Source of the DNA: Thermodesulfobacteriota bacterium
GTDB taxonomy: Bacteria > Desulfobacterota_D > UBA1144 > Nemesobacterales > Nemesobacteraceae
Length of the DNA: 64,000 nt
NCBI GenBank assembly: GCA_965202785.1
Contig: OZ241855.1
Coordinates: 704,001-768,000, forward strand
Direction of reading: 5' to 3'
Part shown: piece after piece, positions 52,585 through 62,178 of the stretch
How positions within the stretch are numbered: position 1 is the stretch's first letter
How the letters are laid out: the number at the start of each line of letters is the position of its first letter
Notes under the pieces: model-generated
Databases searched by the model: none
Told to the model about the DNA's origin: nothing
What the model saw: the letters and a program-made list of their open reading frames with translations, nothing else
Position numbers and translations under genes: made by a program

Positions 52585-53236
52585 GGGAATTACCAAGTTA
52601 AGCCGGTAATTCCCTTTGTATACACAGAGGAGATGAATAATGAAGAAATTTAGTCTTGTTTTCATGGTTTTTGTTTTAGCGATATTTCTTGCTTGCGATG
52701 ATAACGATAGTGACACTATGGAGATGGAGTCGGAACCGACATCAGTGCCGATGAAAGGGTTTTTCGCCAGCATTGATGAAAACAACATGAACGACTGTCA
52801 AAGTGAAGACCTGACTCTGATGGTGGAAGATGAGTTGGTCATTGGCAGTAGCAACGTTACGGCACTAGGTGCGGGCGAAGCATTTGATGAAGCGGTATTC
52901 GGATATATAGGTATAAAGACGGAAAGCCATATAGCTGCTTCTTATGTAACGTCAACAAGGGAAGGCAGTCTTGTCAATCCCGGCGTTCTTTACCTAAGGA
53001 AGAAAGGGGATATATACGTTGGATTCTGGGGTGGCGAAGCTACACGCCCAGAAGGCAATCCATCCGTTGTTTGTCCTTACATAATGGTTCCGGCAGGTAT
53101 GGCGGAAGAAGATGGTTGTGAAGCGGAAGCGTATTCTGAATATCTCAAGAACGAAGATGGTTTATTAAAGACTTGTACCGCAGCACCAAACAATTAATGC
53201 ACAAAAAGATTTCGTCAACTTAATTTGGTAAGTCCC
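52585..53236. mobile_element. Non-autonomous IR-bounded cassette carrying a lipoprotein gene
   Basis: Left GGGAATTACCAAGTTAAG; right revcomp GGGACTTACCAAATTAAGTTGAC (53214-53236); 8-bp flanks AAACATTG/AAACATTT. Confidence 0.7.
52640..53197 (+). CDS. Hypothetical lipoprotein
   Basis: MKK signal, lipobox FLAC, GAGGAG RBS, four additional Cys, AT-richer codons. Confidence 0.75.
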   Translation: MKKFSLVFMVFVLAIFLACDDNDSDTMEMESEPTSVPMKGFFASIDENNMNDCQSEDLTLMVEDELVIGSSNVTALGAGEAFDEAVFGYIGIKTESHIAASYVTSTREGSLVNPGVLYLRKKGDIYVGFWGGEATRPEGNPSVVCPYIMVPAGMAEEDGCEAEAYSEYLKNEDGLLKTCTAAPNN

Positions 53237-53339
53237 AAACATTTCACAGGGCACTCGGCGAAATGAGTTAGAGGAATCGGACTGTTTGGAAGATTATTCA
53301 GTTATTTAAGGTAGTTAGAATACAGTCTGCGGAGTTCTG

Positions 53340-53401
53340 AGAATCCATTCACAATCTATCGACAAGAAAAAGTGTTTCATATCAGTGAATTAAGAAACTC
53401 C
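53340..53401 (+). repeat. Copy 2 of ~55-bp DnaA-box/IHF-like module
   Basis: TTCACAATCTATCGACAAGAAAAAGTGTTTCATATCAGTGAATTAAGAAA. Confidence 0.65.
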
Positions 53402-53670
53402 AAACGAATTTTTAATAATTTGTTAACAGCTCAAAAATTCTCTGAGAATTTTTCGTGCGGACACGCTTCTTTGCCCGCCTCGGGGATAACGTTTTTTCTC
53501 TTCGCCCGGTTAAAATTCCTGCCCGTTTGCGACAACGGTTCCGCGGTCGGCCGGATTTGGTCAAGGATGTTTGAGAGGTATTTTTAATTTCTTAAATAAT
53601 CTTTTGTTTTCAGCGGGTTAACTGTTGACCAGTTTTTTATACCGTGTAACCTAACTCGCCGGGTGAATTT

Positions 53671-56085
53671 ATGATTTTTCCTCTTGGATGGCTTACCGAC
53701 TACCTCAAAATTGACGTTTCTCCAGAAGAACTGGGAGAAATGCTCACCATGGCAGGCCTGGAGCTTGAAGCCCTTGAAGACAAGGGCAAGGCTCTTGCCG
53801 ATGTCTGTGTCGCCCAGATAAGCAGCATCGAAAAGCATCCGAATGCCGACAGGCTGAGTGTCTGCGAGATTACGGACGGAGAAACCCGCTACACGGTTGT
53901 CTGCGGTGCGGACAACATGAAAAAAGGGGATAAGGTCGCTTTTGCCAAGGCCGGAACCGTTCTTCCCGCTACCCCGAAGTTTCCGGAAGGCCTCCAGATA
54001 AAATCCTCCAAGATCCGCGGAGAGAATTCCGAGGGGATGCTGTGTTCTGCGGATGAAATGGGTCTCTCGGGCGACGAAGACGGGATAATGATTCTTTCCC
54101 CCAAGGCCGAGCTTGGAACCAGCATGAACGAGCAGATCGGTTACGACGGCGTTATCTTCGAGGTAGGGATTACCCCTAACCGTCCTGACTGCATGAGTAT
54201 TTTCGGGATCGCCAGAGAAGTCTCGGCAATACTGGGTGAGAATCTTCAGAAACCGGTTTTCTCCGTAAAAGAGCAGGGGGAAAACATTTCGGAAAAGGCC
54301 GCTGTAGTTGTTGAGGATGCGGAATCATGCCCCAGATACTGCTGCCGCCTCGTTGAAGGAGTCAGAATCGGTCCTTCTCCCGCGTGGCTTCAGGAGAGGC
54401 TTGAGTACTGCGGAATCCGTTCAGTTAACAATGTTGTTGACGTTACGAACTTCGTTTTGCTTGAGCAGGGACAGCCTCTTCACGCTTTTGATTACGACAA
54501 GCTTGATCAAGGCCAGATCTCCGTCAGAAAAGCCAGGGACGGGGAAACGATAGAAACGCTAGACGGGGTCGAAAGAAAACTGCTCGTTGATGACCTGGTT
54601 GTCTGCAGCGGGGACCATCCCGTCGCACTTGCCGGGGTCATGGGTGGATCCGGCACCGAAATAGAGGATGCGACGAGCAATGTTCTGCTTGAAGCCGCCT
54701 ACTTTTCTCCCGTGGGAACAAGGAAAACGTCCAAACGAACTGGTCTCAAGAGCGAATCTTCGAGCAGGTTTGAAAAAGGCATAGATATAAACAACGTTTC
54801 GTTTGCGCTTGACCGCGCCGCCGAGCTTATAAGCCGCTTATCCGGAGGAACAGTCGCCAAGGGGATTATCGACGTGTATCCCGAACCTGTTAGCCCGAGG
54901 GAGATCTCCATGTCAGTCGACAAGGTCTGCAATCTGGTCGGAATATCCACCGATTCCCAGGAGATAGCGGAACTTCTCGAGAGTCTTGGGTTTGAGGTTC
55001 TAAGCATCTCGGCCGGGGAGCTTTTGCTTCGGGCTCCGACTTTCAGGGTGGATATAGAGCGCGAGGTGGATATAGTCGAGGAAGTCGCCCGTCTTCTGGG
55101 TTATGACAACATTCCCTCCGTCCTGCCGGAGGTTCCTATGGTAGCCAGGAAAACCAACGTGATAACCGTTATGGAGAAAAGGCTCAGGGACATTTTCGTC
55201 TCCTACGGTTTTCTTGAGGCTATAAACTACAGTTTCGAGTCTCCTGAACTTCTCAGGACGTTCGGCTTCGAGGAGTCGATCCGCATTATGAACCCGATAT
55301 CACGGGAGCTTTCGGAGATGAGGATGAGCCTTCTTCCCTCGCTGGTGAAAAACGTGAGGCTCAACCTCTCAAGACAGAATCAGGACGTAAGACTTTTCGA
55401 GTCCGCGAAGGTTTTTTACCCCAAGGACATGGACCAGCTGCCGAACGAAGTGAAGAAATTCGCGGCGATTGCCACCGGAAAAAGGGCGCCCGAGATATGG
55501 GACGGGGAGAAATTCGACTTCTTCGACATAAAAAGCGTGCTTGAAAGAAGCCTGGAGGTACTTTCGGTGGATTCAAGGATAGAGTTTGAGTCCGTTTCCC
55601 CCGATCATGGATTCCTTTGGCCCGGAAAATCTTCCGCCGTGCTGGTTGACGGAAACGTTCTTGGGATGGTAGGGGAGCTTCATCCGCATCTTCTGGAGAA
55701 GCTCGAGATAAGCGAAAGCGTGTACGTGCTTGAACTCGATCTGTCACTTCTCTCGGTCGTCTACACGAGTTTCGAGAGGAAATTCTCCCCGCTTCCCAAA
55801 TTTCCTTCTCTTCGTCGCGACATAGCGCTTGTGGTCGATGATGCGGTTCCGGTACGGGAAATTCTTTCGGTTATAAAAAAGGCGGATTCCGGTATAATAG
55901 AAAACGCTTGGGTGTTTGACGTTTACAAGGGAGATTCCCTTGAGGAAGGAAAAAAGAGTGTCGCGCTTTCCCTGATTCTTCGAAACAGGGAAAGGACCCT
56001 TACCGACGAGGATGCAAACAGGGTTCAACAGGATGTTCTTAAGAGTTTGGAAAAAACGATAGGGGCCGAATTGCGTTCGATTTAA
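53671..56085 (+). CDS. pheT: Phenylalanine-tRNA ligase beta subunit
   Basis: HPNADRL, TPNRPD, GQPLHAFD, RRDIAL, FDVY. Confidence 0.98.
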   Translation: MIFPLGWLTDYLKIDVSPEELGEMLTMAGLELEALEDKGKALADVCVAQISSIEKHPNADRLSVCEITDGETRYTVVCGADNMKKGDKVAFAKAGTVLPATPKFPEGLQIKSSKIRGENSEGMLCSADEMGLSGDEDGIMILSPKAELGTSMNEQIGYDGVIFEVGITPNRPDCMSIFGIAREVSAILGENLQKPVFSVKEQGENISEKAAVVVEDAESCPRYCCRLVEGVRIGPSPAWLQERLEYCGIRSVNNVVDVTNFVLLEQGQPLHAFDYDKLDQGQISVRKARDGETIETLDGVERKLLVDDLVVCSGDHPVALAGVMGGSGTEIEDATSNVLLEAAYFSPVGTRKTSKRTGLKSESSSRFEKGIDINNVSFALDRAAELISRLSGGTVAKGIIDVYPEPVSPREISMSVDKVCNLVGISTDSQEIAELLESLGFEVLSISAGELLLRAPTFRVDIEREVDIVEEVARLLGYDNIPSVLPEVPMVARKTNVITVMEKRLRDIFVSYGFLEAINYSFESPELLRTFGFEESIRIMNPISRELSEMRMSLLPSLVKNVRLNLSRQNQDVRLFESAKVFYPKDMDQLPNEVKKFAAIATGKRAPEIWDGEKFDFFDIKSVLERSLEVLSVDSRIEFESVSPDHGFLWPGKSSAVLVDGNVLGMVGELHPHLLEKLEISESVYVLELDLSLLSVVYTSFERKFSPLPKFPSLRRDIALVVDDAVPVREILSVIKKADSGIIENAWVFDVYKGDSLEEGKKSVALSLILRNRERTLTDEDANRVQQDVLKSLEKTIGAELRSI

Positions 56086-56100
56086 AAAGGGGGGCTTTTC

Positions 56101-56388
56101 ATGACAAAGAAGGATCTGGCAGGCGTTTTGTACGAGGAAATAGGGTTTTCGAGAAGGGAATCCGCTGAGATAGTAAACTTTTTTTTCGACTTGATGAGAG
56201 AGAAGCTTATAGCCGGTGAAGAGGTTAAACTCCCGGGGTTCGGAACCTTCAGGGTCACGAGAAGGAAGTCCCGGATAGGAAGAAATCCTTCCACTGGAGA
56301 GGAAGTAGACATACCTTCCCGCCTCACGGTCGTTTTCAAGCCGAGCAGGTTTCTCAGGAAAAAGATTGACCAGAAACGGGGGGATTAA
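56101..56388 (+). CDS. ihfA: Integration host factor alpha
   Basis: MTKKDL, GFGTF, GRNPSTG; canonical position after pheT. Confidence 0.88.
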   Translation: MTKKDLAGVLYEEIGFSRRESAEIVNFFFDLMREKLIAGEEVKLPGFGTFRVTRRKSRIGRNPSTGEEVDIPSRLTVVFKPSRFLRKKIDQKRGD

Positions 56389-57067
56389 AATACCGGACTC
56401 AAAAACGCCCCAATCTTCTTTTTTCAAGCAGAGCTTCATTGCCGGCATCCTGATTATCGTCCCTTTCGGGGTGACTATTTTTGTTCTCTACAAGCTGATA
56501 AAGTGGATGCTTTTCTTTTTCAGCACAGGCCCCGCCGGGATACTCCGCCACTTCATAGACGTTCCGCCTTACGTGTTTCAGGGGCTCTCTTTCGTCATAG
56601 GGATCCTGGCCACGCTGCTGCTGATCATTTTCCTGGGAGCCGTTACCAGGAACTTCGTTGGCAGAAGGATGCTTCTGTTCGGCGAGTCTCTTATCTCGAA
56701 GATTCCGCTTGCGAGAACTTTCTACGTGAGCGTGAAGCAGGTCGTGCAGACGCTTTTTTTCACCTCCCAGATGCAGAGCATGAGTAGGGTAGTGATGGTT
56801 GAATACCCGAGAAAAGGGATTCATGCCATAGCTTTCGTGACGGGAGTTACGGAGCCAAGGAGGGGCCATAACACGACGGACAATAAGCTTGTCAGCCTGT
56901 TTGTCCCCACGACGCCGAATCCGACAAGCGGCATTTACATTATGGTTCCGGAAGAAGATCTGCAGGAGCTGGATATTTCCGTAGAAGATGCGTTTCGGCT
57001 TATAGTTTCCGCCGGGATATCTCAAAGCGACTCCGATGTTTCTGGGCAAGATAAGAAAAACGGTTGA
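56366..57067 (+). CDS. DUF502 membrane protein
   Basis: FIAGILI..P, IPL...Y..VKQ, VEYPRKG, FVPTTPNPTSG. Confidence 0.88.
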   Translation: MTRNGGIKIPDSKTPQSSFFKQSFIAGILIIVPFGVTIFVLYKLIKWMLFFFSTGPAGILRHFIDVPPYVFQGLSFVIGILATLLLIIFLGAVTRNFVGRRMLLFGESLISKIPLARTFYVSVKQVVQTLFFTSQMQSMSRVVMVEYPRKGIHAIAFVTGVTEPRRGHNTTDNKLVSLFVPTTPNPTSGIYIMVPEEDLQELDISVEDAFRLIVSAGISQSDSDVSGQDKKNG

Positions 57068-58451
57068 TTCCTTCGGGATGATCGCTCCTGGGGACGTGAT
57101 CGTCGCGGGAGTATCCGGTGGGTCAGACTCCATGGCGCTTCTCTTTGCTCTTTGGGACCTGCGGGAGTTTTATCCGGGCACAGATGTGATCGTTTCCCAC
57201 GTCAATCACGGGTTAAGGGGTGCCGAGTCGGATGAAGACGCCGAATTCGTCAGGGAAGCGGCCCGGCGGCTCGGCTTTCCGTTTGAGTGCGTGCGGGTAG
57301 ACACGGAGGGCTTCAGAAAAAAACACGGACTCTCACTCGAGGATGCCGCCAGGGAGCTTCGCTACGGCTTTTTCAGCGATATTCTGACGAAACATTCCGC
57401 CCAGAGGATCGCCACGGCGCACACGCTTAACGATCAGGCGGAGACGGTCATAATGAGACTTATAAGGGGAAGCGGTTCCCAGGGGCTTGCCGGCATAAGA
57501 CCGTCGGTCGGCAACATAATACGTCCGCTCATAAACGTCGCCAAGCATGAAGTCCTCGAGTACCTCCGGTCAAAAGGAGAGTCCTGGAGGGAGGATTCGA
57601 CCAACAGTTCGGATGAATTTCTGAGAAACAGGGTAAGAAACGAACTTATTCCCCTGCTTGAGAGCTATAATCCGGCCGTCGAGCAGGTTCTCTCCCGCGT
57701 GGCGGCGGTCTGTGCCACGGAGGCGGATTTCATTTCGGCCGAAGCCGAGAAAAGATTCGGGAAAATTGCCCGCGTCGTGGCGGGAGGCGTGCTGGGAGAC
57801 GCGGAAGAACTTCTTCGCGAGCCCGCGGCGATCAGGTTTTCGGTGATGAGAAAATCTATTCTGGCCGCAAAAGGAGACCTGAACTCGGTTTCCGCCAAGC
57901 ATCTTTTCTCGATTGACGAGGTGCTGCGCTCCGAGGAGTCCTCTTCGGAGATAAACCTTCCCGGTCGAGTCGTTTTTCATGTGGGACACGGGGTTTTCTT
58001 TTTTGTGCGCGAGGAGAAGCTTCGCGAGTTCCCGCGAACCGAGATAAAAACCCACGGGACTCACACAATCTCCCGGGATCTTGAGGTCACTGTTGAGCTT
58101 ACGGATGACGCCTCCCTCTGGGGCGCGGCCGACGTCGGATACTTCACGCCCGAGAAAGTCGGTTTTCCTGTAACGCTCAGAAGCTTTTCCGAAGGAGACA
58201 GGTTCGTTCCGCTCGGAATGAAGGGGGCCAAGAAGCTCAAGGATTTTTTCATTGACGAGAAAATCCCGAGATTTCTTAGGAAAAAAGTGCCGGTTTTCGA
58301 AACCCGAGACGGAATAATCTGGGTGGGAGGGTTAAGAACAGACAACAGGTTCAAGGCGGATAAGAGGAAAGGACCGTGGCTCAGGATAAGGATTTGCGGC
58401 TCTTCGCAGAAGCTGCTTGACCTTGCGATAAAAAGTTCCTGGGAGTCCTAG
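57036..58451 (+). CDS. tilS: tRNA(Ile)-lysidine synthetase
   Basis: SGGSDS, HVNHGLRG, AHTLNDQAET, LRNRVR. Confidence 0.96.
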   Translation: MFLGKIRKTVDSFGMIAPGDVIVAGVSGGSDSMALLFALWDLREFYPGTDVIVSHVNHGLRGAESDEDAEFVREAARRLGFPFECVRVDTEGFRKKHGLSLEDAARELRYGFFSDILTKHSAQRIATAHTLNDQAETVIMRLIRGSGSQGLAGIRPSVGNIIRPLINVAKHEVLEYLRSKGESWREDSTNSSDEFLRNRVRNELIPLLESYNPAVEQVLSRVAAVCATEADFISAEAEKRFGKIARVVAGGVLGDAEELLREPAAIRFSVMRKSILAAKGDLNSVSAKHLFSIDEVLRSEESSSEINLPGRVVFHVGHGVFFFVREEKLREFPRTEIKTHGTHTISRDLEVTVELTDDASLWGAADVGYFTPEKVGFPVTLRSFSEGDRFVPLGMKGAKKLKDFFIDEKIPRFLRKKVPVFETRDGIIWVGGLRTDNRFKADKRKGPWLRIRICGSSQKLLDLAIKSSWES

Positions 58452-58456
58452 CATAG

Positions 58457-58517
58457 CAATAGAAATGTATTAAATTCCATACATTTCTATTGACAAAAAA
58501 ACAAACATCTTTATATT
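58457..58517 (+). promoter_or_regulatory. TA promoter with 14-bp inverted repeat
   Basis: CAATAGAAATGTAT-N8-ATACATTTCTATTG (58457-58492) overlapping TTGACA (58490-58495); TATATT at 58512. Confidence 0.65.
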
Positions 58518-58599
58518 TGTATATTGTTGCCGTCTAAGAAACTGGCATTGCTTACATTTTTTGTTGTAATCATTGATTTTATCGTGGGGTGACTAAAGA

Positions 58600-59379
58600 A
58601 TGCTTGGAAATTTCATACGTGAACAACGGAAAAAGCGCCGTATTGGGCAGGGAGAGCTTGCTTCAGAACTCGGTGTATCTCGTGCCACTTACGTGCAGAT
58701 TGAGCTTGGAAAGCGTGAGCTTAAGGTAAGTGAAGCCAGAAAACTCGCTGAAGTTTTTGACATGTCTCTTGAGGATTTTCTTAATGAGGAAGAACAGCCG
58801 TCTCCAGATATTGAGATTAAAAAATCAGGGAAGAAAAAACCAGCTAAAAAACACAATATCCGTATCAGCGTTCCTCAGGAAAAAGCAGAGAAGTTCAAAC
58901 AGGTTCTTTTGTATGTTCTGGCTCAAATAGGTGCCCAACCAAATATAGGCCAGACAGTGCTCTATAAGATTCTCTATTTTATTGACTTTGATTACTATGA
59001 AAAATACGAGGAGCAACTAATCGGTGCGAAGTATATTAAAAATACTTATGGACCTAGCCCTGTAATGTTCGCCAAAATCATTGAAGAACTTGAGGAAGAA
59101 AACAAAATCAAAGAAGTAAAAGCCAAGTTCCACAACTATGACCAAGTGAAATACTTAGTCAATTCAAGGGAACTGGATCTATCGTCTCTTTCATCCAAAG
59201 AACTTGAACATATCAACTGGGAAATACGGAGGTTAGGCCATATGACTGCTACGCAAATCAGCGAATTGTCGCATCTTGATACTCCTTGGATTGCGGCCGA
59301 AGACAAGGAGCACCTTGAGTATGAACATGTGTTCTACCGTCCTGGACTGACTTCCGTCAGAGAATATGAAGAACTTTAA
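58600..59379 (+). CDS. XRE-HTH + Panacea (DUF4065/SocA-like) antitoxin
   Basis: N-terminal HTH; LYKILYFIDF, YGPSP, SELSH..PW. Confidence 0.85.
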   Translation: MLGNFIREQRKKRRIGQGELASELGVSRATYVQIELGKRELKVSEARKLAEVFDMSLEDFLNEEEQPSPDIEIKKSGKKKPAKKHNIRISVPQEKAEKFKQVLLYVLAQIGAQPNIGQTVLYKILYFIDFDYYEKYEEQLIGAKYIKNTYGPSPVMFAKIIEELEEENKIKEVKAKFHNYDQVKYLVNSRELDLSSLSSKELEHINWEIRRLGHMTATQISELSHLDTPWIAAEDKEHLEYEHVFYRPGLTSVREYEEL

Positions 59380-59713
59380 TTCCCTGCCTGAATTCAAGGG
59401 GGAATTAAAAAAACTCTCTAAAAAATACGGCACTCTTGACAGCGATTTAGAGACATTCAAACAGGTTCTTTCAAGTTCTCCTGGTGGTTTCGGAAAGAAT
59501 TTTGCAGTTATCCATTCAACTGAAGTTGTCAAAATAATAAAAGCGCGTATGGCGTGTCGCTCTCTTCGCAACAGATCTCTTCGAATTATTTACGCATATG
59601 TTGAACACGAAGAGAAGATTGAATTCATTGAAATCTATTACAAGGGAAATAAAAAAAACGAAGACTTTAGCAGGATTAAGGGCTACTTAAAATCAGTTGC
59701 CGGGCCTGATTAA
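59366..59713 (+). CDS. RelE/ParE-superfamily toxin (putative)
   Basis: Small basic protein, F..ELKKL.KKY, LRIIYAY, IEIYYK; overlaps antitoxin stop. Confidence 0.72.
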   Translation: MKNFNSLPEFKGELKKLSKKYGTLDSDLETFKQVLSSSPGGFGKNFAVIHSTEVVKIIKARMACRSLRNRSLRIIYAYVEHEEKIEFIEIYYKGNKKNEDFSRIKGYLKSVAGPD

Positions 59714-59809
59714 AGCAATCTACTTTGGAACTCATGAAATTGTCAGATTATGGATGCTGTTACAAATTGTCTGGCAGAAAAAATTTTGGGACTTATATAC
59801 GATGCTATA

Positions 59810-60754
59810 CTAGTAACTTTCCCCGAGCCCGTTTTTAGCCACGTAGCACGCTCCAAGCACCCCTGAGTCGTCTCCCAGAGCGGCTCTCTTTATCTGAAGT
59901 CCCCTCTCCATTCTCCCAAGACACCTTGTTTCGGCTTCCTCAAGCGTTTTCCCGATAAAAAGTTCCCATGCGCCTGAGAGCCCCCCGCCCACGACCACCG
60001 TTTTTACATCGAGAATGTTTACGAGAATTGATATTCCCACCCCCAAATTCGCCCCGAAGTCGTTCCATACCGATATGGCTGCTTGGTCTTTTTCGCGCGC
60101 GAGTTCCGCTAGGCTCTCGGGGAGGGCTGATTCTTCGGTTCCAGCAAGCCTTTCGCGGAGTTGCGGGTCCTCGCGGACGATTCTCCTTATCGCTACCTGC
60201 GAAACATAGGTTTCAATGCAGCCCCTCGCTCCGCAGGCGCAAAGGGGTCCTGACGGGTTAATCGTCATGTGCCCCAACTCTCCGGCGAAGCCGTTTTCCC
60301 CCGACCAGAGCTTGCCGTCGAGGATTATTCCGCCCCCGAATCCGGTTCCCAGGGTTATCATTACCATCGAGTTTGAGCCTCTACCCGCCCCCGCCCGGTA
60401 TTCTCCGAGAGCCGCGCAGGAAGCGTCGTTTTCTATAAAAACGGGGGTTGCGGTTCCGATTTTCTCCGAAAGGACTTCTGTAAACGGGAAATTCTTGGTG
60501 TTTGCTATGTTCGGGGCCTGGACGAGAGTACCGCTTGCGCGGTCAATGGTTCCCGGTATTCCTATCCCGATTGCGGATACCCCTTCCCCGGCTAATCCTT
60601 CTATTAAGCCAGCGAGGTTCTCCATGAGCCGGGAGATACCCATGTGGGCGTCCGAGAGGGTTTTTCTCTCCCCGAGGGTTTCCCCCTCCTCGGAGATAAT
60701 TTTTCCCCTGATGTTGGTCCCCCCTATGTCTATGCCAAGGAATTTCCGCTTCAT
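59810..60754 (-). CDS. ROK family sugar kinase (glucokinase-like)
   Basis: GIDIGGT, ENDA, GELGH, CACGARGCIE. Confidence 0.92.
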   Translation of the reverse strand: MKRKFLGIDIGGTNIRGKIISEEGETLGERKTLSDAHMGISRLMENLAGLIEGLAGEGVSAIGIGIPGTIDRASGTLVQAPNIANTKNFPFTEVLSEKIGTATPVFIENDASCAALGEYRAGAGRGSNSMVMITLGTGFGGGIILDGKLWSGENGFAGELGHMTINPSGPLCACGARGCIETYVSQVAIRRIVREDPQLRERLAGTEESALPESLAELAREKDQAAISVWNDFGANLGVGISILVNILDVKTVVVGGGLSGAWELFIGKTLEEAETRCLGRMERGLQIKRAALGDDSGVLGACYVAKNGLGESY

Positions 60755-60984
60755 TTTCCGTTATTAAGCTGTGAAAAACCGTCCAGAAAACTCTATTTTA
60801 CCCTGTCTTTTCAGAAAATATTGACTGCGGTGGCGGATGAAGACACCGGATTTTTGCGCAAGCCGCATGTAACAAGGTATAAATTTATCCTGATTAGCGG
60901 GCGTTTCGCGTCGTGTATTTTTCGGGATTTATGTATTTAAGTTGACGGATTAGATTCAAGCTGTAAACCGGGTATAATGCAGTG

Positions 60985-62178
60985 ATGATAAGAACTTACA
61001 AGTGCAGGGTGAAGCTGTCCAAGGCTGGTCATGAACGGTTGACCGAGATATTCGCGATGTCTGCGGAGCTGTACAACGCAGGCTTGGAATCCCGCATTGA
61101 CTGCTACAAAAAGACAGGAGAAAGCCGCAGTCTTTATGACCAGTACAAGGAACTTGTGCAGGTAAGAGCGGAGTTGCCGGAGTTTGAATCTATATCCAAT
61201 ATTGTGTTTCGTGGCGTACTCTCAAGGCTTGACAAGGCGTACAAATCGTTTTTTCGGAGGGTGAAGGCAAAGGAGAAAGCCGGATTCCCCCGTTTCAAGA
61301 GCCGGAAACGCTGGCGAACCATAGAGATAAATGACAGGGCATGGAGTATGCTCAAGCGTGAGGGGAACAAACTGATTCTAAAGGTCAAAGGGTTTCCTCG
61401 GATCGAGGTAAGGCCGTCGAGGGAGCTTCCCCCGAATGCCCTGCTCAAGGCGATTCGGATTACCAGAAAGCCTCTGCGGACGGAAGTGGCGTTATCGTAC
61501 GAATTGGCGACTCCCGAGGCAAAACCATTTACCAGCCCCGTTGGAATAGATATGGGCATATCGAAGCGCCTGACCTTGAGCGATGGGGGAACCGTGGAGA
61601 AGCGGGAGATAGACAGAAAGAAACTGATACGCCTTCAACGCTCCGCATCCCGCAAGGTGAAGGGAAGCAAAAACAGGCGTAAAGCGGTGCGTCTGCTCGC
61701 AAAGGAATGGCAGAGGGTATCGGACGGGGAGAGAGATTATCTTCACCGCCTGACCAGAGAGATAGTCAAGATGTACGACTTCATTGCGGTAGAGAAACTG
61801 AAGACAGAAAACATGCTTCGCGACGGGAATTTAGCAAAGAGTATTTCCGAGCAGACTTGGGGCAGTACCATTACGCTGCTTAACGAGAAGGCCGAGAGTG
61901 CTGGCGTTAAGATGGTGGCAGTGAACCCCGAGGGAACTTCGCAGGAATGTTCTGCCTGCGGAGCAACAGTAAAGAAAGACTTGAGCGTGCGTGTCCATAA
62001 ATGCGACTGTGGTTATGTCGCCGACAGGGACATAAACGCTGCAATTAATATCCTTCATCGAGGTATCTCGATTGCGGGCGGGAATGTTACCCGCATGGTC
62101 GGAAGGATTAAAGAGAAGTCAGAAGTTGTTCTGACTCGGCCAAGAACAGTGTACGAAAGTGTCAACTTAAATACATAA
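60985..62178 (+). CDS. tnpB: RNA-guided endonuclease TnpB (IS200/IS605 type)
   Basis: RTYKCRV, LYN, GFPRFKS; RuvC GIDMG / AVEKL / DRDINAAINI; Zn finger CSAC..CDC; TATAAT at 60973. Confidence 0.95.
   Translation: MIRTYKCRVKLSKAGHERLTEIFAMSAELYNAGLESRIDCYKKTGESRSLYDQYKELVQVRAELPEFESISNIVFRGVLSRLDKAYKSFFRRVKAKEKAGFPRFKSRKRWRTIEINDRAWSMLKREGNKLILKVKGFPRIEVRPSRELPPNALLKAIRITRKPLRTEVALSYELATPEAKPFTSPVGIDMGISKRLTLSDGGTVEKREIDRKKLIRLQRSASRKVKGSKNRRKAVRLLAKEWQRVSDGERDYLHRLTREIVKMYDFIAVEKLKTENMLRDGNLAKSISEQTWGSTITLLNEKAESAGVKMVAVNPEGTSQECSACGATVKKDLSVRVHKCDCGYVADRDINAAINILHRGISIAGGNVTRMVGRIKEKSEVVLTRPRTVYESVNLNT

Noticed and set aside
59788-59805. GGGACTTATATAC as an end of a cassette around the TA pair
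   Set aside because: Points away from the TA genes, lacks the TAAGTTGAC arm, and has no partner or TSD; at most a lone remnant.
60924-60946. Reading the IR motif as a XerCD dif site
   Set aside because: Lacks the ATAA-N6-TTATG core, lies near the origin, and one unit shows an 8-bp TSD favouring DDE transposition; another tyrosine recombinase is not fully excluded.
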